NCBI GenBank assembly: GCA_963813815.1
Contig: CAWFAD010000008.1
Coordinates: 16,900 to 80,899, forward strand
DNA from: an uncultured bacterium
GTDB taxonomy: Bacteria > Krumholzibacteriota > Krumholzibacteriia > Krumholzibacteriales > Krumholzibacteriaceae
Length of the DNA: 64,000 nucleotides
Reading direction: 5' to 3'
In this document: piece by piece, positions 37,507 to 47,049 of the stretch
How the letters are laid out: each line of letters starts with the position of its first letter
Position numbering within the stretch: position 1 is the first letter of the stretch
Translations under genes and position numbers: made by a program
The notes under the pieces: model-generated
What the model was told of the DNA's origin: nothing
Seen by the model: only the letters and a program-made list of their open reading frames with translations
Databases searched by the model: none

Positions 37507-37653
37507 ATGCTTTGGACTATAGGAATCATTCTATTAATTCTCTGGCTACTCGGGTTGATCACCGCGCACACGTTCGGCGGGGTCATTCACGCTCTCCTGG
37601 TCATCGCGCTCGTGGTGATTATCATCCGTGTCCTTCAAGGTCGGCGCCTGTAG
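37507..37653 (+). CDS. lmo0937-family small membrane protein
   Basis: Manual translation MLWTIGIILLILWLLGLITAHTFGGVIHALLVIALVVIIIRVLQGRRL; RBS GGAGG; below the ORF-track cutoff. Confidence 0.88.
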   Translation: MLWTIGIILLILWLLGLITAHTFGGVIHALLVIALVVIIIRVLQGRRL

Positions 37654-37700
37654 CGCATCCGAGATACTCTTGGAGAGGAGATAATATCTTGTGCAAGAAC

Positions 37701-38240
37701 ATGAAGAAAGTGTCGCTGATGCTGGGGCTGGCCGCATTGATGGCCACCCAGGTGCACGCACAGAGCATAGGCATCGGCCCGCAGGTCGGCTATTTTCGAG
37801 CCAAGGATGCCGATGAGGGCAATTTTACGGGTGGAGCGGCCCTTCGGCTGAAAATGACTCCGTTTCTCGGCGTCGAGGCGTCCATCGGCTATCGTCAGGA
37901 ACAATATGCGGATGACCTCTTGACGGTTCGCAGCTGGCCGGTGATGATAACTGGTTTGATTTATCCGCTCCCCATAATCTACGGGGCCATGGGCTTCGGC
38001 TGGTACAACACAACGTTCGATTATGACCAGGTCAGCCTGCCGCTTCTCAAAGATGATACGGTGCAGAAAGTCGGCTGGCATTTCGGCGGCGGCATGGAAC
38101 TGCCCATCGGAACAAAGATCAAGCTGACGACCGACATTCGCTATGTCTTCCTGGATTACGATTTTGAGGAAGTCCCGGGCAGCGGTGACATGAGCAGCAA
38201 TTTCTATGTTATCACCGCCGGAATACTATTCGCTTTATAA
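37701..38240 (+). CDS. outer-membrane beta-barrel (OmpA-like TM domain)
   Basis: Signal peptide, amphipathic strands, terminal ITAGILFAL. Confidence 0.82.
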   Translation: MKKVSLMLGLAALMATQVHAQSIGIGPQVGYFRAKDADEGNFTGGAALRLKMTPFLGVEASIGYRQEQYADDLLTVRSWPVMITGLIYPLPIIYGAMGFGWYNTTFDYDQVSLPLLKDDTVQKVGWHFGGGMELPIGTKIKLTTDIRYVFLDYDFEEVPGSGDMSSNFYVITAGILFAL

Positions 38241-38262
38241 TATCTATTCAGGAGGACATGAT

Positions 38263-38381
38263 ATGAGGACTTCTCGGATCGCTCTTGCGACACATTCGAC
38301 CTGGTCGCCGAGGTCGGTATCGGGATCAACGACGACTCGTTTACCTCTGTGGGCGCTGGCATCACGTATTACGTCCATTGA
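38263..38381 (+). pseudogene. internally deleted outer-membrane protein gene
   Basis: RBS and MRTSRIALA joined out of frame to FDLVAEVGIGINDDSFTSVGAGITYYVH*, which resembles the last two barrel strands. Confidence 0.5.
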
Positions 38382-38401
38382 TAGCGAGAGGAGATGATTC
38401 A

Positions 38402-38623
38402 ATGAGTGGAGCAAAGATCCTGGCACTCGTGTTGATCGTGGCCGGCATCATCGGTCTCATGTATGGCAAGTTCGGCTGCGCCAAGGAGACCCACAAAGCC
38501 GACCTGGGCTCGATTCAGCTTTCGGTTAAGGAAGAGCGCTCCGTCAACATCCCCCTCTGGGCTGGCGTTGGGATGATAGCGGTCGGGGGTGTTCTTCTGA
38601 TTGTGCCGCGCAAGAAGAGCTAG
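38402..38623 (+). CDS. small two-TM membrane protein
   Basis: KILALVLIVAGIIGLMYG...NIPLWAGVG; RBS GAGGAG. Confidence 0.8.
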   Translation: MSGAKILALVLIVAGIIGLMYGKFGCAKETHKADLGSIQLSVKEERSVNIPLWAGVGMIAVGGVLLIVPRKKS

Positions 38624-38788
38624 TTCTTGCTGTTAGTGCCAAATGGGGGAACTCTCTTGCATATTAGGCGCGATCGTTGACGCGATTTCAATCAGCTGCT
38701 ACCACGCAGGGAACCAGCCGCAGTGGCCGACCCAGGACGCGTGGAGCCCGGTTCGGGCATCGCCCGTAACACGTAGGAGGTAAGACGA

Positions 38789-39148
38789 ATGAGATGGAAC
38801 GCACTGCTCTTGGCTATCATCGCGGGTGTTTTCGCTTTCACGGTCCAATCTTGTGCCGTTGGATACCAAGGCCCGCCGCGTGCGGCAGCGCACGGTTACG
38901 TCGTGGTCCACCAGGAAAGGGAACTCGTTTTCGACTCGACGCTCGGATTGTATATCGTCACTGGCTACCCCAGCTTGTACTACTATGGGGGGTACTACTA
39001 CCGCGTGTACAGCGGAGGTCGTTTTGCGAGGTGCAGGACGATCAGCGGGGCCTGGAAATCGATCAGCCCTTCGAGATTGCCGCCGGGTCTCGCGAAGAAG
39101 TACGGCGCGCACCCGGGCAAGCATCGCGGCAAGAGGCACAACAACTAA
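38789..39148 (+). CDS. Tyr-rich lipoprotein with LPPGLAKK motif
   Basis: Lipobox VQSC; RBS AGGAGG. Confidence 0.72.
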   Translation: MRWNALLLAIIAGVFAFTVQSCAVGYQGPPRAAAHGYVVVHQERELVFDSTLGLYIVTGYPSLYYYGGYYYRVYSGGRFARCRTISGAWKSISPSRLPPGLAKKYGAHPGKHRGKRHNN

Positions 39149-39277
39149 CCCACCGCGCAGGCAACTTCGCCGTGCCGGCCTGCGTTCGTCGTGCGTGAAG
39201 ACGCCCGTCGCGCTGGGACGATCTGTGATCCGCTAATCGCCCAGTGTGACGGGCTCTTCGATTGTTGGAAGAGAAAC

Positions 39278-39301
39278 GTAAGCTTCCCCGTCAAGTAGAC
39301 A
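39278..39301. mobile_element. possible solo IS terminal inverted repeat remnant
   Basis: GTAAGCTTCCCCGTCAAGTAGACA resembles IS3-family ends and sits at the GH94 truncation point; no transposase nearby. Confidence 0.35.
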
Positions 39302-39310
39302 ACGCCAAAG

Positions 39311-41254
39311 TGGACACTCGGCGAGAACCGCGAGTCCTCCCAGATGCACGTCGTGACCCGATGGGACGATGAAATTCAGACCCTGATCGCTCGAAATAGA
39401 TACCACCCGGAGTATGGAAACCGGGTCGCCTTCGCGGCCATCAGCCCGCCGGCGGATTCGTACAACGGCGACCGCACCTCCTTCCTGGGGCGCAATCGCT
39501 CGATGCGCAATCCTGCGGCAATGGAGCGAGTGAAGCTTTCCCGACGGACGGGAGCGGGATTCGACCCATGCGCCGCGCTGCAGGTCAAGATTGAACTGGC
39601 GCCCGGCGGGCGAGCCGATGTCACGTGCATGCTGGGCCAAGCCGAGTCGATTGATGAGGTGCACGAGCTGGTTCGAACCTACCGGGAAAGCTCGGCTCTC
39701 GAAGACGCTCTCAACAAAACGAAAAGCTGGTGGGACGATCTGCTGGGCGCGATCGAGGTGCATACCCCCGAGCTCGCGGCGGATTTCCTCGTGAACCGCT
39801 GGCTGCTGTACCGGGACCTCAGCTGCCGGATCTGGGGGCGCACGGCTTTCTACCAATCGGGCGGCGCGTTCGGATTCCGCGACCAATTGCAGGACATCAC
39901 GGCCTTCGTCTATGCGTATCCCGAGCCGGCGCGGGAGCACATCCTGCTCGCGGCGAGCCGCCAGTTCAAGGAAGGCGATGTCCAGCACTGGTGGCATCCG
40001 CCGAACGGCGCGGGAATCCGTTCGCGGATCTCCGATGATCTCCTGTGGCTTCCATACGCTGTCGCGCACTACGTCAGGATCACCGGCGATGTGGACATCC
40101 TGCACGCGACGGTTCCGTTCCTCAATGCTCCCGTGCTCGAAGACGGTCAACGCGAATTCCTCTCCACGCCTGAGATCGCGCGGGAACGCGCCACGCTGTT
40201 TGAGCACTGCCAGCGCGCGGTCGCGCGCGGCCTGACTTTCGGGCCCACAGGGCTGCCCCTGATGGGAACGGGCGACTGGAACGACGGGATGAACCTCGTG
40301 GGTGCCGGGGGCAAAGGGCAGAGCATTTGGCTGGCGTGGTTCCTGGCGGATGTGCTTCAGGGCATGGCCGAGATGTCCGACTTGCTCAATCGACCGATTC
40401 TGAGCCTTACCTTCCGGCAAGACAGGAAGGCGTTGATTCAGCGTGTCGAAGAGGTTGCGTGGGACGGGCAATGGTATCTTCGGGCGATTTTCGACGACGG
40501 CACGCCGCTCGGTTTCTCGGCGAACAAGGAAGCGAGCATCGATTCTCTGCCACAATCCTGGGCCTGGCTGAGCGGCGCCGCCGACGCAGATCGCGCCGGC
40601 AAAGCCCTGGAATCGGCGTGGACGCATCTCGTTCGCGAGGATGAAGGTTTGGTGCTGCTCCTCGAGCCTCCTTTCGACATTTCAGAGCCCTCCCCCGGCT
40701 ACATCAAGGGATACCCACCCGGGGTGCGTGAGAATGGAGGCCAATACACTCACGCCGCCCTGTGGCTCGCCATGGCGATGGCGCGTCGCGGAGACGGCGA
40801 GCGGGCGGCCAAGATTCTGCGCCTGCTCAATCCTATCGAGCAGGCACGCGATCCCGAATCGGTCTGGCGCTATGGAATCGAGCCCTATGTGATCGCCGCC
40901 GACGTGTACCGGTTGCCCGGGCGAATCGGCCACGGAGGCTGGTCGTGGTATACCGGTGCGGCCGCGTGGATGTACCGGGCCTGGATTGAGGAAGTCCTGG
41001 GTTTGCAGGTGCGGGGGGATCGCATGCAGTTGAACCCGGTCATTCCCGGATGGTGGGACGGCTTCAGCCTGCGCTATCGTCACGGCGAAGCGATATACGA
41101 GATCAAGGTCGAGAACCCGGAAGGGCGCCAGGGAGGCGTGTCATGGGTGGAGATGGATGGTCAGCGCTTGCCGGGCGGAGTGATTCCTCTGGACAAGGCC
41201 CTCGTGAAGCATCGTATACTCATACGTATGGGGGAGCCGCAGCAGGCGGTCTAG
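39311..41254 (+). pseudogene. 5'-truncated GH94 phosphorylase domain (NdvB/Cgs C-terminal part)
   Basis: Begins mid-domain (WTLGENRESSQMHV); YQSGGAFGFRDQLQD, DWNDGMN, GYPPGVRENGGQYTH and WSWYTG motifs; no RBS. Confidence 0.8.
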
Positions 41255-41278
41255 GATCCGCTGCCTGCGGCTGGATAA

Positions 41279-41824
41279 ATGAAAAAGGCTGTTTTTCTGG
41301 CTGCGCTGCTGACGCTCGCCGCGGGAGCCGCGCAGGGGGCGAGCTATATCGGGCTCTATGCCGATCCCGCTCATCTCGTGTGTCAGATGCGAACCCTTCA
41401 GTACGTGCCCTTCGACTGCTACGTGTTCATGATCAATTCGGACGGCACCGGCATCAAGGGGGCCGAGTACAAGGTCGTCTTTCCGTCCGGATATATCATA
41501 GCCTTTACGGTGGCCAATCCGGACATAACCGTTATTCTCCGCGATCCCTTTTGCGGCACTATTCTTACCTTCGAGACCTGCTGGATGGACTGGGTCTGGT
41601 CTCACAAGTTCACCTGTATTAGCCTGATCGAACCGGCTCCCGCGGTCATCACGGTCGAAGGCAATCCGGACGACTACTACCTCCTCCAGATCGTGAGCTG
41701 CGAGCCGGGGCTGCCGGCGTACCCGCTCACGATACTGAATCCGCTGTTTCTGAATAGTTTCGGGTCAGGATGCGAGATCGCGGTCGAGGAATCGAGCTGG
41801 GGAGCTATCAAGAGCCTCTTCTAG
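41279..41824 (+). CDS. secreted Cys-containing protein with C-terminal SSWGAIKSLF motif
   Basis: Signal peptide, YIGLYAD N-terminus, terminal VEESSWGAIKSLF. Confidence 0.8.
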   Translation: MKKAVFLAALLTLAAGAAQGASYIGLYADPAHLVCQMRTLQYVPFDCYVFMINSDGTGIKGAEYKVVFPSGYIIAFTVANPDITVILRDPFCGTILTFETCWMDWVWSHKFTCISLIEPAPAVITVEGNPDDYYLLQIVSCEPGLPAYPLTILNPLFLNSFGSGCEIAVEESSWGAIKSLF

Positions 41825-42231
41825 GAGCGCCAGTCCCGCATCGCGCTGCAAACGGCCCTCTCGAGACCGGAGATGTCGAGCGGTTTCGGGAGAAAATCCC
41901 TCGCGCCGAGCGAGACCGCTCGTGAGCGCATCTCCACCGTGTTTTCCCGCGTGACGACGATCACAGGGACGTCGGAGCCGACGCGACTCTTTATATAAGA
42001 AAGGATCGCGAGCCCTTCCGCGTCGTCGTCGTCGGCCAGGTAATGCGGCAGGTTGAGGTCGAGAAGGACGAGCGAGGGCACGCCCGTCCGGAGATACTCG
42101 AATGCCTCCTCCCCCGACGAGACGCGGGCGACCGGAAGGGGAGGGCTCCACATGGCGAATAGATCCTCGACAAAGTCACGATCGTCTTCGACGATCAAGA
42201 GCTCGCCGTTCGCTTTTCCGGCAGCATTCAT
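41821..42231 (-). CDS. single-domain response regulator
   Basis: IVEDD, LLDLNLP, VVT and FLPKP motifs. Confidence 0.88.
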   Translation of the reverse strand: MNAAGKANGELLIVEDDRDFVEDLFAMWSPPLPVARVSSGEEAFEYLRTGVPSLVLLDLNLPHYLADDDDAEGLAILSYIKSRVGSDVPVIVVTRENTVEMRSRAVSLGARDFLPKPLDISGLERAVCSAMRDWRS

Positions 42232-42633
42232 AGCTCCGCCTTTCAATAGGCGACCGCTCTCCATCTCTTCCCCTAGGTGCCGGCGCCGGCATGAGCCGAT
42301 ATCCCCCTCCGGTGCCCAAACGAGACCAATCCGTTGTGCGATTCTCGAACCGGATATTCTCGTTTGTCAACAAGGCCAAGAGCAATCGGCGTTCCACTAT
42401 GCCGCGGCGCGGAACAAGCCGGAACGGCCGCCCCTATCTACATCGATTGCAACGAATCACGCGGGGCGACGCCGTCGCGCCGCATCGAAGGGAGTCGAGT
42501 CGCGCGCAACCGCGGTTGCCGCGCCGGGCCGCGGAGAGTAACGGGTAACGAGTTGCTCCATAGTCTGTTGCGGAGGGAAAACCGGTCGAAGGCCAGCGGC
42601 AACTCGCGTTGCCGTTTCCAGAGGGAATGAACC

Positions 42634-43983
42634 TCATTTATTGATTTCGTTCAGCATCTTCTGGAGCCCGAACCGCGTGAGCCCCATGCGCCGCGCGGCC
42701 TCGCAGAGATCCCCGCCGCACGCCGCGATAACCGCTCCGGTGTATTTCCTCTGAAACTCCTTGAGGACGGCGTTCTTCGCGTCGCGATACCCCATTCGGA
42801 ACAGAGCTTCGCCCGACAGGGCTCCTTCCGCGTTCTCCTCGAACACATTCCGGCCCCCGAAGGCGCCGCGCACGACGTACGCCTCGACCATGTTCTCGAG
42901 CTCGCGCACGTTGCCCGGCCAATCCCTGCGGCAGAGATCGATCATCATCGCCTCGTCGATTTCGCGCTTCGGCTTTTTGAGCTCGATCGACTTGCGCTCC
43001 AGAAAATAGCGGGCGAGAGCCGGAATGTCCTCCCTGCGCTCCCTGAGAGCCGGCACGTCGACCACGTTCGCGCCGAACCGGAAGTACAGGTCCTGCCGAA
43101 GCGATCCGGTCTCGAGGCTCTCCTTGAGCGGCCGATTCGTCGAGGCGAGGAGCTTTCCGCGGAAGGGGATCTTCCTCGAGCTCCCGTTCCGCTCGAACTC
43201 CCTTTCCTGGACGACGCGGAGGAGCTTGGCCTGCAGCGAGGAATCGATCTCCGTTATCTCGTCGAGAAAGAGAACGCCTTCTTGAACGAGCTCGAAAATC
43301 CCCGGAATGTCCTCGGCTCCGGTAAAAGCTCCCCGGACGCTTCCGAAGAGCTTCAGGCTGAAGGTCTCGCGGGGCACCGCGGCGCAGTTGAGCGGCAGAA
43401 ACGCCCGGCCGGGACAGAATCGCTTGTGAATCTCCCTCGCCACGAGCTCCTTGCCGGTTCCCGTCTCCCCGGTGATGAGCACCGGCCCCGGACTCCCGGC
43501 TGCGAACGCGATCTCGCGGCGCAGATCGCGCATCTTCGCGCCGTCGCCGACCATTGCGCCGTATATCTCGTCGATTTCCATCCGGAGCGCGTCGTTGAGC
43601 CGGCTGATTCTCTGCTCCTCGATCGCCCGCGATATCCTCCGCTCGAGGTCGCCGAGATCGGGCCTCTTGTCGATGTAATCGGCGGCCCCTTTCTTGAGAG
43701 CGGCGGTCGCCGAAGCCGACGACGAATCGCGCGTCACCATGATGACGGGCAAGCTCGCATCGGATGCGCGCAGCGCTTCGAGGATCTCGAACCCGTCGAG
43801 TCCCCTCCCGAGATCGATGTCGAGCAAAACGGCGTCGAAGCCGAGCCGTTCGTGCGCGGAAAGGGCCTCTTTCGCGTTGTGCGCCATCACGATCTCATAG
43901 CGATCGGTCATGAGCCTCCCGAGATCGCCCAGAAACGTCTCGTCGTCGTCCACGATGAGAATGCGCACCCGTTCGGCGTTCAC
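42634..43983 (-). CDS. sigma-54-dependent response regulator (NtrC family)
   Basis: Receiver, GETGTGKE, GAFTGA, LFLDEI, WPGNVRELEN and Fis-type HTH. Confidence 0.95.
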   Translation of the reverse strand: MNAERVRILIVDDDETFLGDLGRLMTDRYEIVMAHNAKEALSAHERLGFDAVLLDIDLGRGLDGFEILEALRASDASLPVIMVTRDSSSASATAALKKGAADYIDKRPDLGDLERRISRAIEEQRISRLNDALRMEIDEIYGAMVGDGAKMRDLRREIAFAAGSPGPVLITGETGTGKELVAREIHKRFCPGRAFLPLNCAAVPRETFSLKLFGSVRGAFTGAEDIPGIFELVQEGVLFLDEITEIDSSLQAKLLRVVQEREFERNGSSRKIPFRGKLLASTNRPLKESLETGSLRQDLYFRFGANVVDVPALRERREDIPALARYFLERKSIELKKPKREIDEAMMIDLCRRDWPGNVRELENMVEAYVVRGAFGGRNVFEENAEGALSGEALFRMGYRDAKNAVLKEFQRKYTGAVIAACGGDLCEAARRMGLTRFGLQKMLNEINK

Positions 43984-46400
43984 GAAGTCCCCGCTTTCTC
44001 GGATTTTCTGAGAATGGCCCGCATGGTCGTTCCCGAGCCCAGGACGCTGTCGACGACGTAGATCTTTCCCCCGAATCTCGCGAGCTCCTGGCGGGAGTAG
44101 TACAACCCGAAGCCCCCCTCGGCCTTCGTGGTATAGTGCCTATCGAAGACTCGCTCCCAATCCTCGCGCGGAATCCCGCATCCGTTGTCGCGAACGTCGA
44201 TCCGGCAGTAGTTCCCCTCCCATTGCGCCGCGATCGCGATCTCCGCGTCCGGCTTCCCTTCGGTCGCCCGGACGGCGTTCGTGAGAAGCGTCTCGAATAT
44301 CTTGTCGAACGAGACGGAGGAAATAAAAACGGCGGCGCCTCCGGACGCATCCGGCGCGAGCGCGAACGAGATCCCCCCGGTCCCATGATCGTACCGGAAT
44401 TGCGCGATCAAGCGATCGAGATTCTCGGCGACGGGGACGCTGAAAACGGATCGCAGATGCGAGCGAATTCCCGCGATCGACTCATCGACGGCATCGAGGG
44501 CAGAGAGCGTTTTCGCGATCTTCTCCTCCCAGGGGGCGGCCTTTTCGGAGTCGAAAGCGAGGACCTCCCCGATTCCGTCACCGGCGAGCCGAGCCTGCGA
44601 GAGGAGCGTCTCCCAAACTCCTTCCGGAACATTCGCCCTGCGGGCGAGCATAACGAGATGCTCGAGCTCCGGCACGATTGTTTCCCGGTACGTCTGCTGC
44701 AGTCTCGCGAAAAGATCCTCCCTCGTCACCCCATCGGAACGTATCCGCTCCCAGTTCTTCAAATGGAGCCGGAGGCGGTCGAGGGTCTTGAGGGACGATC
44801 CCCCGTGGCCGAAAGCCGACATCGCGGTGAGGAGCTCATTTTGCGCTTCCTGGAAATCGATCTGCTGCTCATGCCGCCGCCTGAGCCGGCGGCGGACGGA
44901 TATCACGGCCCAGCCGCCGAGAAGCACGGCCGCCGACGCGCCGATCGTCAGGCGCCGCGAATGCGCCCTGAGCCGATCCGCGATCGGCGTCCTCGACATG
45001 GCCATGACATGGATCGAATCGCCGACCGCATGCCTGCTGTGCTCCTTGCTCCTGACGCTGCTGCCAGTCCTGAAGACGAAGTAATCCCTTCCCCCATGGC
45101 TGGCGCGCTGTACATCGAGTATGTTCTTGATCGGATGATCAGCGATTATGTTCCCTCTCTGGTCGAGCGCTATGAACCTGCCGGCCATGTAGCCGAGCAG
45201 CCGTTCTTTCCCGTCGCCGGCGAAATCACTCGCTCCATAGAACCGAAAACCCGAACCCCCCACCTGCTTGAAAGAAACGAGTTCCCTTCTCGTTTTGAAA
45301 TCGTGACTGAACAAGGAAAGGCTTCTGCCGACTCCCTCAATGAGAATTTCCGGAATGGAGTCGCGGTCAAGATGCACCGCGTGAATTTCACACACCCGGG
45401 AAGACAATAGAAAGGTGGAGAGCATCTTGCCCTCATGGTTCAGGATCGCTACGTTCCACGGATTCGTCGAATTGATGAAGGTCGAGTCGCCCATCTCCGC
45501 ATACCGAGTGGCGAGAATCTCTTTCAAGCCGTCGTGGTCGATGTCCGCGATCGCAAAGTCGCACCGGCCCGCGTACCCGGACATTTCCATGCTCCAGAGA
45601 CAGCGCCCGTCGCGCCGATCGAGACAGAATAATTGGGATAAGCTGTCGACGTGCCCGTGGCACACAATCCCGGAGGTCAACCCGCCGGTCGCCAGCAAGA
45701 CGCGAGGAACGCCGGCGCCGAAATCTTCGCACTTCATATTCAGCAAATAAGCCCCACAATCGAAGCGCCACAGATCCCGGCCCGTCGCCCCATCGTAAGC
45801 GAGGAGGGAACGGCAAGGCGCTTCGTCCTTGGGCATATTGAGCTGGATAAGAATCGTCGCGCGCGGGTCCCCGTCCGCTTTGAGGCTTCTTACCGTGATG
45901 TTAGAGAAGCATAGCAGAGGATCCTGCAACGCCCCTTTTCTCGGAGGAAGCAAAGGACCGATCGTATAGATGGGCGCCGACGCCTCATTCGGCGAAAACC
46001 ATCTATAGCAGAAAAGATATGGAGCCTCCCGCACGTTCCTGAGGACGAGGAACTCCTGCCGCCCATCGCCGTCAACATCCGCCACGACACGGGTGCTTCC
46101 GACGCCACCGTATACGCGCTCCCCCGCGAGAGTCAGCTCGTTCCCCTGTAACCGGTACCGGAGGAGCCGATCATCCTTGTTGACGAAAAAATCGTCATTG
46201 CCGTCGTGATCGATGTCGGAAGCGATCAAAGGCCGGAACGATACGATTGGTTGGGAAACGACCTTCTCGATTCTGAAAGGGGTCACCCCGGTGTTGGGTC
46301 CCGAGGCTGCGTCCCGCCGGGGCCCCGCGCTCAGCACGAGGAGCACGCCGCCCAGAACGGCGAATGCGATTATGTATCCTATTGGCTTCGTCAGACGCAT
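43980..46400 (-). CDS. sensor histidine kinase with extracytoplasmic FG-GAP/VCBS propeller
   Basis: DIDHDG and DVDGDG repeats between two TM helices; GHKL N/G1/F/G2 boxes (LTNA, DNGCG, GGFGL); atypical H-box AFGHGG. Confidence 0.85.
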   Translation of the reverse strand: MRLTKPIGYIIAFAVLGGVLLVLSAGPRRDAASGPNTGVTPFRIEKVVSQPIVSFRPLIASDIDHDGNDDFFVNKDDRLLRYRLQGNELTLAGERVYGGVGSTRVVADVDGDGRQEFLVLRNVREAPYLFCYRWFSPNEASAPIYTIGPLLPPRKGALQDPLLCFSNITVRSLKADGDPRATILIQLNMPKDEAPCRSLLAYDGATGRDLWRFDCGAYLLNMKCEDFGAGVPRVLLATGGLTSGIVCHGHVDSLSQLFCLDRRDGRCLWSMEMSGYAGRCDFAIADIDHDGLKEILATRYAEMGDSTFINSTNPWNVAILNHEGKMLSTFLLSSRVCEIHAVHLDRDSIPEILIEGVGRSLSLFSHDFKTRRELVSFKQVGGSGFRFYGASDFAGDGKERLLGYMAGRFIALDQRGNIIADHPIKNILDVQRASHGGRDYFVFRTGSSVRSKEHSRHAVGDSIHVMAMSRTPIADRLRAHSRRLTIGASAAVLLGGWAVISVRRRLRRRHEQQIDFQEAQNELLTAMSAFGHGGSSLKTLDRLRLHLKNWERIRSDGVTREDLFARLQQTYRETIVPELEHLVMLARRANVPEGVWETLLSQARLAGDGIGEVLAFDSEKAAPWEEKIAKTLSALDAVDESIAGIRSHLRSVFSVPVAENLDRLIAQFRYDHGTGGISFALAPDASGGAAVFISSVSFDKIFETLLTNAVRATEGKPDAEIAIAAQWEGNYCRIDVRDNGCGIPREDWERVFDRHYTTKAEGGFGLYYSRQELARFGGKIYVVDSVLGSGTTMRAILRKSEKAGTS

Positions 46401-46521
46401 TCTCGAAATGTAGACCGGTTGGCGATCCGAACCGGATGGATGTGTCTTTATATTCTAAAGCACATCCACCATGCCTGTCAACGCGCGAGCGCGGTCGCCG
46501 AGCTTCGGCGCGGCCCGGCAC

Positions 46522-46553
46522 AAAAACGCCCCCCGGCGCATGCGCCGGGGGGC
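46522..46553 (-). terminator. intrinsic terminator of the HU gene
   Basis: GCCCCCCGGCGCATGCGCCGGGGGGC palindrome followed by GTTTTT on the minus strand. Confidence 0.75.
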
Positions 46554-46587
46554 TTCGCTTCACTCGGCAATGAATCCGCGAGCGCTC

Positions 46588-46911
46588 TTAGAGCATGTCC
46601 TTGATGGCCTTCAAGGGACGGACACGCACCGTGCGCGAGGCCGGACGCGCCTTCTGCTTGATCATCTCGCCGGTGAAAGGATTGCGGACGAGCTTGCCGC
46701 CAGCAACCGCGGGTTTCTTCACCAGCGTGAGCTTCATGAGGCCCAGCTGGTTGAAGATCCCGTACTTCTTGACCGACTTGATCATGACGTCGGTCAGCGC
46801 GTCACAGACGGCGACGACGTCCTTCCGGGCGAGGCCGGTCTTCGCGGCGATTTCGCGATAGACCTCGTTCTTGGTCGGCGGCTTGTTTCCGACGGGTTTC
46901 TTCTTCGCCAT
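46588..46911 (-). CDS. HU family DNA-binding protein
   Basis: TKNEVYREIAAKTGL, RNPFTGE and VRVRPLKAIKD. Confidence 0.9.
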   Translation of the reverse strand: MAKKKPVGNKPPTKNEVYREIAAKTGLARKDVVAVCDALTDVMIKSVKKYGIFNQLGLMKLTLVKKPAVAGGKLVRNPFTGEMIKQKARPASRTVRVRPLKAIKDML

Positions 46912-47049
46912 TTTCCTTGCTCCTCCTTCGCCGTAGGGGTGAACGGATACCAACCTCCATAAGCGCTGCGCATCATAGCGCACAATATGCCTGTATGCAC
47001 AGATATTTTTGCGTTTTCAGCCAAAAACTCCAAAGAGGGAGCACGCGGA

